Below, one piece after another: positions 25,579 to 37,000 of a stretch of 64,000 nt of DNA (position 1 is its first letter; every line of letters starts with the position of its first letter). Under the pieces are notes generated by a model that did not search any database, was not told the DNA's origin, and saw only the letters and a program-made list of their open reading frames with translations. The DNA is from Paragordius varius. Taxonomy: Eukaryota; Animalia; Nematomorpha. Where the stretch lies: contig OZ176057.1 of NCBI GenBank assembly GCA_964247055.1, forward strand, positions 4,216,001-4,280,000. Reading direction: 5' to 3'. The position numbers were made by a program, and so were the translations under genes.

Positions 25579-26690
25579 AACGGTTTTATTGTTTATTGAT
25601 AAATCTATTTTGTAGAACTTTTACCATTAAGAGCATATCAATATAATATTATTATTTATAAATATACAATTATTGATTTTATATATGCCAGTAAACAAAA
25701 AAGACTTATTATTTAAAAACTAGATTTGGTAGGTTTTATGGTTTAGAAATATATTATAAAATATTAGTGTTTTTAAATATTTATATTTCATTAATTGAGA
25801 TGGATATTTTGCATTAATATTCTATCTAACCCAAAAATTTTTCTAGTTTCGAATGAAGTTATAAAATTTAAAAACTTACCATTTTCATTTTAAGTTGATC
25901 ATTTAATACTTTAAATTGGTTTTTATCATTTCAATGTCAATAAAAAACTGTCGCAAAAAAATTCCAAGCTTGAAAAATGTTTTAAAGGAAAAATTATCTA
26001 ATAAAAAAATTTAAAAGTGTAAATTATAATACCCAAGTTTCAAATGATTTAAATTTATTTGGATAATCAATTTGAAAATGGTAAGTTTTTTAGTTTTATA
26101 ATTTCAACCGAAACTACTATTTTTAGGTTAGATCCGAAAATTAATGCAAATACATCTCAATTGTTAAAATATAAAAAAGATTAAAACTTTTTTTAAAATA
26201 GGTTAATGATAAATTTTTAGGAATAAGTATAATGATTTCTTTATTGGCTCACATAGAAAAAAATGCTTTAAATAATTATGTTTTTATAAAAAATAATATC
26301 CTATTGATATGCTCATAATAATTAAAATTTATTTTTTATCTCAATTTAATATTTATTATCAATTACGTTCTTATTAACTAGGAATTGTATTGATTGGGAA
26401 GCTGGAAATATGTTCGATTTGAGAAATCGTTTCGATTGACTTGGGACATTTTAATTGACTGGGAAATTAATTCAAATAAATAATATATATATATATATAC
26501 CGAGAATATAGAAATAGCTGGATACTTAAAATAAATAATTATTCCGGGTAATAAAACAGGACTTTGAAAGGGATTTAAGTATAACTGATTAACTCTGCTA
26601 TTTTATAAAGATGTATAACTTTTCGATTTTGTTTGATAACATTTACTCTAAATATACCTTTCTTTAATCTTTATATACGCTTTTATACAG

Positions 26691-28202
26691 GTCCAGCTCC
26701 ATCTGTGAATGACCTTGTCCAAAGTAAACATTATTTTATAAAATTGATATGACATTCCCTTTTTGAAATTGAAACAAATTAAACAATTGGGCCCAAACTT
26801 TATAAATTTTAATAAATGATATTTTGGGGTAGGGAGGGTAAAATAGCTGGAGAACTAAAATTTTGGTATTAAATAAATTTTCACAATGAAATATTTTATA
26901 ACCGGCGAACTTGGTAATTTTGAATCAATATATGATAATTTTTTTTCCTTATAAAACGCTTTTAGAACAGTAAACTAACCAATCGAAGTTAACTGTGCTA
27001 CAAATTTTTAATTTTTAGGTTTTTATATTTAAGATATAGCAACTTTTTTTAAAAAAAATTGTCTGATAATTTCTTTTAATAATGCACCAATGTGTTATTA
27101 ATATAATAGATAATTAAAAAAGATTATTGAACCGATATTGCTTGCATTTTCGGTATTTTCATGTTGTCGTTTAGTTTATTTTTTGCCAAAAATCGATTTT
27201 AAGGCGGTTTACGCTTGACATATTAGGCAGGTGTGTAGCCTATTTTTAGATAGTTAACTCTCGTACATTTGTTTGTGTCAGATTCGAAATATAAATAGTT
27301 TTAATATTAAGTTTAGTTAAGCTAAAGAATAAGTTATGTCATTATGCATAAATTAGCCCCCGATGTTTAAATTAAATTATGAGTGCCAGCTTTTGACCTA
27401 CCAAAAAGCAATATCCGGTTTTTTTGAATATTATAAAAAGCATGTGAATGCATATTGTTTTTTCAATAAAAATAGTCCGGAATTTAATTAAGCAGAAAAA
27501 AATACTTTTTTTACGTATATATTATATTAGGGTCCTTCATACATTTGGGGTCTAATAAACCAAACTATATATTTTTCATGACAATGGTCCATTTAACAAA
27601 TCTAATTAAATTTTTCTTAGTTTCGCCAAAAATTATTTATATAATATCATAACCACATCCGGAAGTACTTTAATCGTTGGGAAATGGTTGATAGGTTTCA
27701 TAAAATCAGTTTTCTGCCATGACATTAACATATGACCTAAGAGATGTGCTAAGTGAAATAAATTTACCTATAAAATTACGTGTTTCTTTCACAAAAAATT
27801 TAGTTAATTAATCTATTTTGCAGTCGTTATTTATTTTAATTAGAAATAAATTATAATCGTTTGTATAAAAATATGGCAAAAGAATTATATTTGATCAAAA
27901 ATTATTTTCGCATCTGTTTGTAAATACAGTATGAATAAGTGTACATTGCTAGTTTTTCGTTATTTTTTGCCGAATCGCATATAAAGCAAATGCCACATAC
28001 AGTTATATTTTTCCTTTTTTACAACTATTAAAATACTATTTGCCGCATATGCTATCTGTCAATATTCAAAAAAGCACTGGCAATGTATATTTTTCAATAA
28101 ATCTTTGATAATATAGGTATATTAGAAAAGTTGGGTTCAAAGACGCAAACCAATGGTATTTAACTTTACAAATTGATATATGTATATATATATTTATATA
28201 TA

Positions 28203-28237
<35 letters not shown>

Positions 28238-28792
28238 TGAACTAATTATATTTTATCTTTTTAGATGTTCCAATGGCTGGACTTGGTATTAATTATTCTT
28301 ATACATACATAAACATATATAGTTTGAGTAAGAAATTTTATTATGAATCATGCAAAATGGCATGTGAATAATGAATTGAAATGTATACATGCTCATAATA
28401 TATATCTATTAATACATTTACAATTTAATTTACCCTTAAACAATTGAAATTTACCCTTAAACAGTTTAAATTCTTCAAATATATTATAAATTTAAATTAA
28501 AAATTACCTATATTTTTATTTTCAAAAAATTGATGAAAAAAATACTGAAAAAATAAAAAAAAATATGGCATAAAGATATTTTTTTTACTTATAATGAGTT
28601 ATATTACTTCGAAAACAGATATTTTAGGGTGAAAGAATTGAAGGGTGAATTTGATTTGTTCGAGGGTGGATTTATGTTTAAGGGGGATCTTGAACTATAA
28701 ATTGTATAGACACAAACCTTTTCCCAGTTAAAAAATGCTCTTAGTGAATACGAATTTTCTCAGCCAATCGAAACGTTTTCCAACTAATTTAA
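26691..28792 (+). CDS. Duplicated 4-exon 3' cassette of cluster C (no 5' exons of its own)
   Basis: Exons 26691-26723 (GPAPSVNDLVQ), 28117-28155 (SILEKLGSKTQTN), 28265-28285 (DVPMAGL) and 28764-28792 (ANRNVFQLI*). Relative to cassette 1 the exon indels are 3, 3 and 6 nt, and several substitutions are synonymous (GCG/GCT, GTG/GTC, TCT/TCA, ACA/ACG, ACA/ACC, CGT/CGA). Splice sites are intact. Confidence 0.62.
28176..28236. repeat. Interrupted (TA)n microsatellite in the intron between cassette-2 exons
   Basis: Read directly. The paralogous cassette-1 intron (25052-25115, 64 nt) lacks the expansion, and this intron is 109 nt. Confidence 0.95.
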
Positions 28793-28902
28793 AATTTTAT
28801 TTTTTGCTGATATCCAATATATAAAATAACTTTTTACCATTATTAGCATAAATATAGATATTATTTTTATAAAATTTCAATTCAATTTCTTCTATATATG
28901 CC

Positions 28903-28908
28903 AATAAA
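28903..28908 (+). terminator. Candidate polyadenylation signal AATAAA of cassette 2
   Basis: Lies 111 nt after TAA 28792. The aligned position in cassette 1 reads AGTAAA (25690-25695), 112 nt after TAA 25578. Confidence 0.4.
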
Positions 28909-31845
28909 CAAGTAATTAAGGTATTTTTTAAAAATTATCTTTGTTAATTGGATTAGTATATTATGGTTTTTGAGTACTTTCATAAATACATTTTTCAAGT
29001 TATTTAAATTTATATTTTAAAATAGAGATCGATGTGCATTAATATTTGGATCTAACCTAAAAATAATTATTAATTTAAAACCTTAGCATTTTCATCTCAA
29101 GTTGGTTTAACACTTAAATTTGTTTTAAACCATTTCATGTCAATAAAAATACTGCCGGAAAAACAATTCCTAAAGGAAAAAATTAATAAAAAAATATTTA
29201 ATAAAAGCATTATATGAATTATGATACCCAAGTTTCAAATGATTAGAATTGATTTTGATGATCAATTCGAGATAAAAATGGTAAGTTTTTAGTTTTATTA
29301 TTTCATCCGAAACTAGAAATATTTTTAGGTTAGATCCGAAAATTAATGCGAAACTATACATCTCAATTGTTAATATAAAAAAAATTAAAAAAACCTAAAA
29401 AATATTTTTATAAAATATTTTTTAGGTAATAATATAATTTTTTAGAAATACATTAATGATTTCTTTATTGGCTCACATAGAAAAAATAGCATTAAATAAT
29501 TTTGTTTTTATACAAAATAATATCCTATTGATATGCTCATAATGGTTAAAGGCAATTTGTATATCTTAATTTGATAAGTATATCTGAAAAGAAAATTGGC
29601 CTAGCATGCAAGAATTTTTTTATATTAGAGTTTATCGATAAGTTTTGGCCATTTAACATTAAACTCGAAATTTCGAAAATTAAAAGTTTTAGATATGAAG
29701 CCATGTTTTTATATCATTCGAAAGGGCGCAAAAACTGCATCTTTTAAATGGTAGTAAGTCATTTAAATCAATCGAATGTAAAAGTTATTTGGATTTAAAT
29801 GGTCGAAATTTTCAATCCTTAAATAAGTCAAGAATTTTCACAGACAAATAAATTTGAAAATCATATAAATTATTTTAATATAATTATTATGGTTATATTA
29901 GTATTTAATTAAAAAAAAATGTTTGAAAAAGCTTTTGGTTTGTTTTTTTAATAAAAATTATTTTTATCATAAATATTTTACCTAGTGGATACTAAAATGC
30001 ATAGTTATAACTGTAAATTTATTACATAATGGCTATAAAAGCAAAAATACCTTAAACTTTGTTTTTTTTTAAAATTTCGAAATTATCAGCCTCGTAAAGA
30101 AAATAAATTAATATTGATGACATGGTTATTTAAAAACAAATAACTTAAAAATGTCTGTTTTGAGTCATATAAAAGCAATAGAAAAATGTTTTAATCAAAA
30201 AAACTTTCTTGTTTTATCTTTTTTGGACATTCATTACCATCTAAAAAAAGTTTGAGCTATTTTCATCCATTAGTTTTAAAAATATAATAATTAAAAAAAA
30301 TGCTCTCGCTTCGCGCGTTTGTCACTCTTTGTGTCCAATATTAACTGTCGATGTAATACATATTAGTATGCATTTTATAGAGTTTTTATTACTCTTTCGA
30401 ATGATATATTACAAATGGGCATTACTTGTATATTTTAAAAGAAAAACATTTTTTAGTAAAATTTTGATAAAGAGGGCGCATAATCAAAAAAATCAAATTA
30501 TACAAAATTCTTCCAACGAGTTAAAATTATTATTTCAGATTTACTGTTAAAATGATATTAAATATCAGAAAATACAAAAAACTCGAGTGGCAGAAAAATT
30601 TGTTGTCCAGTGTTAACCGTTTATTGCTGGTTTCATTTAATTTTTAATCTTTAACGTATATTATCTAAATAATTTGGACATTCATATCTATATTCTCCAT
30701 TTTTTTACCGTTTTGATTAAAAAAAATTGTAATAAGAGATTGTTAAACAGGTTTTTAATCATCATTTAATTAGCTTCTTATTATTTAATAACGAATCATA
30801 GTACATTTTGATTTAATAAATTACATCTCTTATTTAATACTTTTAATTGTTGATTCCACACAAAATATCCGAATTAATCATTTATAACAGAAAATATATT
30901 AAGTTTTTTATTTTGGTTTTAAGTCTAACAAGCCATTAGAGTTTATCTACTTTTGTAATAATTTCTACAAAACGCCAACACACTGCAAAAAAATAACTTG
31001 GTGTAATTTATATTTCCTAAAAATAAATGTATCAGAATTTCCATGCTTTTTGTTTTGAGCTTTACGGACCATTCAAAAATATATATCGAAAAATGTTAGA
31101 TTTGCACATATTATGCTCAATAATTTTGGTGAAAATAGGCTTTATTCCAAATAATATTATTAATATATAATATTTACTATATTTCAAAAGCATAACAAAA
31201 TATAAAACTATAGTTTTTTAAACGCAAAATAGCCAAGATCTCGCCATATATATATAAATATATATATATCAATTCGTTAACTACGTTTTGGCAAATTTTT
31301 CATAAATTGTAATTATAGTTGAGCATGGACACTGTATAAATATAATATAGATATTATACAGATTAACCGCAAAAGTCGATATCCTTAACATTTTTTTAAC
31401 CACATAATTTGGATTTGATCTTATTAATTTTTAGTTTAAAATGTGTTTTATATAAAAACACTCAACTTCAAGGAAAAAAATATATTAAATAAAACCTTTC
31501 AAGAGACTGAAACGTTTGACATCATTGAATTATATAGTGTTTTTATGATATCTCAAACTATGTTTATACCGTTTTCATTATCTCCCAAATATTATGAAAT
31601 ACGCTTCTTCATAGTTTTGCCCTAAAGTTATTGACAAAGTCATCATATTTTTTATGCCCCCGATTTCGATCAAAAATATATTATATTACCAAACAATTAT
31701 TTGTTAAATTTTCAAAGCAAGTCCCGAAAGTCTCACGTTTTAATATGTAAAATACGAGATTGCGCGATAACAGCATACTACTTACTTTATTACACTTTAC
31801 GATAAATTATTTAAAAATTTTTGTGCCTGTTTGGCACATCGTCTG

Positions 31846-31869
31846 ATATATATATATATATATATATAT
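31846..31869. repeat. (AT)12 microsatellite
   Basis: Read directly from the sequence. Confidence 0.95.
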
Positions 31870-31931
31870 CTTTATTGATTGCTTTTCCCCAAATATGCTC
31901 CAGACTATTAAACATTTATTGATAATTTTAG

Positions 31932-32106
31932 AAAACCCGCCAAACCAAAATGTACTGTCAGAATTATTTAGGTATCAATTTTTATTCTTCACTCCTAATC
32001 TGTTTAGGTTTTATTATTATTATTTAATTAATATTACTAATTTGTTTTGTAGATTGTTCATGAAATCCAAATAATGCCACCTTGTTTACATCCTATTAAT
32101 AACTAA
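31932..32106 (+). CDS. Candidate distal terminal exon pair (31932-31951 and 32053-32106), ENPPNQN|IVHEIQIMPPCLHPINN*
   Basis: TTTTAG|AAAACCCG...AAAAT|GTACTG, a 101-nt intron, then strong acceptor TTTGTTTTGTAG|ATTGTT. It is in frame if entered in phase 1 from 28285. AATAAA lies at 32116. If 31932-31951 is skipped, the 32053 exon gives DCS* (stop 32061-32063). Confidence 0.33.
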
Positions 32107-34026
32107 TGAATCTCTAATAAATCATACATCAATTATATTAATTATAAATAGATAATAACGTTAGATTTAAAATTTTATTTTACAATGGCAATTTTTTAAG
32201 GAAATTTTTGTGCAAATTGCGCCAAATTTTATCATTTTGTTTCTTTGATTATTTAATGCTAAGGCTGTTTCGGATATTGCTTTTTTTAGTGTCTTTGGCG
32301 ACGGTTAAAATTTAAAACAACTCTTTATCCGGGTGTTTAAAGAAGTAACCGTGGTCGATCTAGTGATAGCCTGAAAATTTTTGAATTTTTTTTAACAGTT
32401 CATCGAATTTTTTCGGATATTTGGTTAAGGTGTAATTAATAATTATTTTTAATATGAAACATATGTTTTGGAGCATTTGGATAAAATTTAAAATGAGTCT
32501 CCTAGTATTTAAACTAAAGATTTTTTAAGATTACAATAAAACCTTTTTTAAAACTTATATAGAAAGAGGCAGAAAAAAGTTATATAGCATTAAATATGAA
32601 TTAAAATAACCTTTTTTTTATATTGATAAATGAGACAGCACTTGTCTAATATGCAACAGTGTTTTTCTGCCTAAGAAGCAAATATCGGAAGATTATAAGT
32701 CCATCAAAAATATATAAACATTACCATCAAAAATTGCATAATTTCTTATGTTTACAATTTTTAATTCACATCATTAACTAGACAACATTTTCTGCCACTC
32801 GATTTTTTGCCTTTTTAAATATTAGCTATCATATTAACAGTAAATATGAAATAAAAATCATAATTCACCTAAGTATTTTGTATAATTCAATTTTTCTGAA
32901 AATGCGCCCCCTTTATCAAAATTAGTTTTTCTTTGAAAATATCCAAGTCCATTTGTTATATATCATTCGAAAGATTAATAAAAACACTATAAAATGCAAA
33001 GTAATATGTTTTATATCGATAGTTATTACTGGGCACAGGAAGCGGCAATCGCATGAAGCGAGAGCGTTTTTAATTAATATATTTTTAAAACTAATGGAAT
33101 TAAATAACTCAAACTTTGTCTAGATGGCATCAAATGTCCATAAAAACTAACACAACAAAGTTTTTAATTAAAACAATAATTTATTGCTTTTATTTCATTC
33201 TAAAGAGCCATTTTTAAATTTTTTGTATTTTAAAATCTCATCAATATTAATTTATTTTCTTTAGGAAACTTATAAAAAAAGACTAAAAACAAAGTTAAAA
33301 ATATTCTTTATTTTTAAAGCTAAATTTACAATTAAAACACGCATTATAGTATCAGGTAATATAATATTGTTATAATTTTTTTAAGGCAAAACAAAAGCTT
33401 TTTTAAGATATTTTTTAATTTAACTTTAAAAATATTAAAATAATTTATATGATTATTAAATTAATTTGTCTGTGAAAAATTTTCGCTTATTCAGGGTTGA
33501 AAATTTTGACCATAAAAAACCAAACTTTTGCATCAGATTGATTTTTACCATTCGATAACGCCTTTTCGAATATTATAAAATATATGGTTCTATATCTAAA
33601 ACTTTTAATTTTAAAATTTTGGTTAATGTTAAACCGGGACCAAAAATTATCGATAAACCCTAATAAAAAAATCTTAGGTGTTAGTCCAATTTTTTTTCAG
33701 ATATACCATTTATGTACTTTAATGAAATAATATAAATTTACAAAAATGGCATTTAAAAAAATCAATATTTGTGGCCTAGTGTTATTAATGCAAACTGAAA
33801 ATTTTTATATTCAAAAATTTATAAATAAATATTTTTTGATTGCTTTATATAATTCAAAAAAATTAAGGTATTAAAAAGCCCTCGTCTTTTGATTAATATT
33901 ATTTTTAGATTTTATCAAAATCTAAATAATCAATTAAAAATGGTGTGGTCAAGTCACACTCTAATCTGTAAAGCAGGTATTAAGCCTTTTTACTAGCTAA
34001 AAAATATAGTGTATGATTTGACTCAT

Positions 34027-37000
34027 GGAAATATATGTTTGATTATTGGAAACACTAGCAAGTAATTGGGGAAATCTTTCAATTATTGTAAAAATTATTT
34101 GATTGTTGTAAACACAAAAGTTATTGGGCAACTTATTTTGACTGTTGACGAATATATTTGACGGTTGAAAATATTACTTTGATTGTTAGAAACATTAAAA
34201 AATCGAGTAACATGTTTTATATCTTAAATAATTATTTGATTGTTGAAAATATATGTTTGACATAAAAAAGTTATTGGGCAACATATTTTGATTGTTGAAT
34301 AATTATTTGATTGTTAAAAATATACGTTTGATTGTTGGAAAAATAAAAAAGTTATTGGGCAACATATTTTTATTGTTGGAAAAATCATTTGATTGTTGGA
34401 AATATATTTGATTGTTGGAATAATTATTTGATTGTTGGAAATATATTGATTGTTGGAAACATAAAAAAGTTGTTGGGCAACATATTTTGATTGTTGGAAA
34501 AATTTATTATTTTTGAAAATATACGTTTAATTGGAAACATAAAAATGTTATTGGGCAACATATTTTGATTGCTCAATATATATGTTTGATTGTTGGAAAA
34601 TTATTTGATATTGAAAATATATGTTTGATTGTTGGAAACATAAAAAAGTTTTTGGGCTTATTTTGATTGTTGTAAATATATGTTTGATTGTTGTAAACAT
34701 AAAAAAGTTATTGGGCAACATATTTCATTGTTGGAAAAATTTGATTGTTGTATGTTTGATTGTTGGAAACATAGAAAATTATTGGGCAACATATTTTGAT
34801 TGTTGGAAAAATTATTTGATTGTTGAAAATATATGTTTGATTGTTGGAAACATGAAAAAGTTATTACAACATATTTTGATTGTTGGAAAAATTCTTTGAT
34901 TGTTAGAAATATATGTTTCATTGTTCCAAACATAAAAAAGGGCAACATATTTTTATTGTTGAAAAAATTATTTGATTGTTGAAAATATATGTTTGATTGT
35001 TGGAAACATTAAAAAAGTAATGGGCAACATATTTTGATTGTTGGAAAAATTATTTGATTGTTTAAAATGGAGGTTTGATTGTCGAAACATTATTTGATTT
35101 TAAAAATATATATTTGATTGTTGGAAACATTAAAAAAGTATTAGGCAACATATTTTGATTGTTGGAAAAATTATTTGATTGTTTAAAATGTAGGTTTGAT
35201 TGTCGAAACATTATTTGATTGTTAAAAATATATATTTGATTGTTGGAAACATTAAAAAAGTATTAGGCAACATATTTTAATTGTTGGAAAAATTATTTGA
35301 TTGTTTAAAATGTAGGTTTGATTGTCGAAACATTATTTGATTGTTAAAAATATATATTTGATTGTTGGAAACATTAAAAAAGTATTAGGCAACATATTTT
35401 AATTGTTGGAAAAATTATTTGATTGTTTAAAATGTAGGTTTGATTGTCGAAACATTATTTAATTGTTAAAAATATATATTTGATTGTTGGAAACATTAAA
35501 AAAGTATTGGGCAACATATTTTGATTGTTGGAAAAATTATTTGATTGTTGAAAATATATGTTTGATTGGAATCATTAAAAAGTTATTGGGTAACATATTT
35601 TGATTGGAAAAATTATTTGATTGTTGGAAATGCATGTTTGATTGTTGGAAACATTAAAAAGTTATTGGGTAACATATTTTGATTGTTGGAAAAATTATTT
35701 GATTGTTGGAAATGCATGTTTGATTGTTGGAAACATTTAAAAGTTTTTGGGCAACATATTTTAATTGTATGAAAAATTATTTGATTACTTAAAATATATG
35801 TTTGATTGTTGGAAACATTAAAAAGGTATTGTGCAACATATTTTGAATGTTAGAAAAAATATTTGATTGTTGAAAATATATGTTTGATTGGAAACATTAA
35901 AAAAGTATTAGGCAAGATATTTTAATTGTTGGAAAAATTATTTGATTGTTGTAATGTATGTTTAATTGTTGGAAACATTAAAAAGTTATTGGGAAACATA
36001 TTTTTATTGTTGGAAAATTTATTTGATTATTGAAAATATATGTTTGATTGGAATCATTAAAAAGTTATTGGGTAACATATTTTGATTGTTGGAAAAATTA
36101 TTTGATTGTTGAAAATATATGTTTGATTGTTTGTAACATTAAAAAGTTATTGGGCAACATATTTTGATTGTTGGAAAAATTTGATTGTTGAAAATATATG
36201 TTTGATTGTTGGAAACATTGAAAAGTTATTGGCCAACATATTTAAATTGTGGATTATTTGATTGTTGAAAATATATGTTTGATTGGAAACATTTAAAAGT
36301 TTTTTGGCAACATATTTTAATTTTATGAAAAATTATTTGATTACTTAAAATATATGTTTGATTGTTGGAAACATTAAAAAGGTATTGAGCAACATATTTT
36401 GAATGTTGGAAAAATTATTTGAATGTTGAAAATATATGTTTGATTGTTGGAAACATTAAAAAAGTACTGGGCAACATATTTTGATTGTTAAAAAAATTAT
36501 TTGATTGTTGTAATGTATGTTTGATTGTTGGAAACATTAAAAAGTTATACTGAAATATATTTTTATTGTTGGAAAATTTATTTGATTGTTGAAAATATAT
36601 GTTTGATTGTTGGAATCATTAAAAAGTTATTGGGTAACATATTTTTATTGATGGAAAAATTATTTGATTGTTGGAAATGCATGTTTGATTGTTGGAAACA
36701 TTAAAAAGTTATTGGGTAACATATTTTGATTGTTGGAAAAATTATTTGATTGTTGGAAATGCATGTTTGATTGTTGGAAACATTAAAAAGTTATTGGGCA
36801 ACATATTGTGATTGTTGGAAAAATTATTTGATTGTTGTAATGTTTGTTTTATTGTGGGAAACATTAAAAAGTTATTAGGCAACATATTTTGATTGTTGAA
36901 AAAATTATTTGACTGTTCAAAATATATGTTTGATTGTTGGAAACATTAAAAAAGTATTGGGCAACATATTTTTATTGTTGGAAAAATTATTTGATTGTTC

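Larger units (their letters stand above)
23350..29570 (+). repeat. Tandem segmental duplication, ~3.0-3.1-kb unit x2 (~23350-26350 and ~26505-29570)
   Basis: Collinear shared blocks throughout, e.g. AATAGCTG..TAAAACAGG 23355/26510, TTTACGCTTGACATATTA 24045/27208, CAGTTTTCTGCCATGACATT 24641/27708, TTAGGTTAGATCCGAAAATTAATGC 26123/29325 and TCCTATTGATATGCTCATAAT 26299/29523. Many small indels indicate an old duplication. Confidence 0.93.
29578..33706. mobile_element. Long diverged inverted repeat pair (arms ~29578-30640 and ~32770-33706); foldback-like element or two opposed copies of a non-autonomous DNA transposon
   Basis: The reverse complement of 29578-29760 aligns with 33540-33706 (GTATATCTGAAAA / TTTTCAGATATAC; GTTTATCGATAA / TTATCGATAAAC). 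GCTCTCGCTTC 30302 pairs with GAAGCGAGAGC 33055, and TCGAGTGGCAGAAAA 30583 with TTTTCTGCCACTCGA 32788. No transposase ORF. Confidence 0.75.

Noticed and set aside
26382-26422. Candidate terminal exon GIVLIGKLEICSI* followed by AATAAA at 26475
   Set aside because: It has no counterpart in the duplicated cassette, a modest acceptor, and a better conserved terminal exon (25550) lies upstream. Cannot be excluded without RNA data.
16193-31625. Short ORFs at 16193, 29170, 30329 and 31443
   Set aside because: They lie in introns, duplicated intron sequence or inverted-repeat arms, with AT-biased composition and no supporting features.
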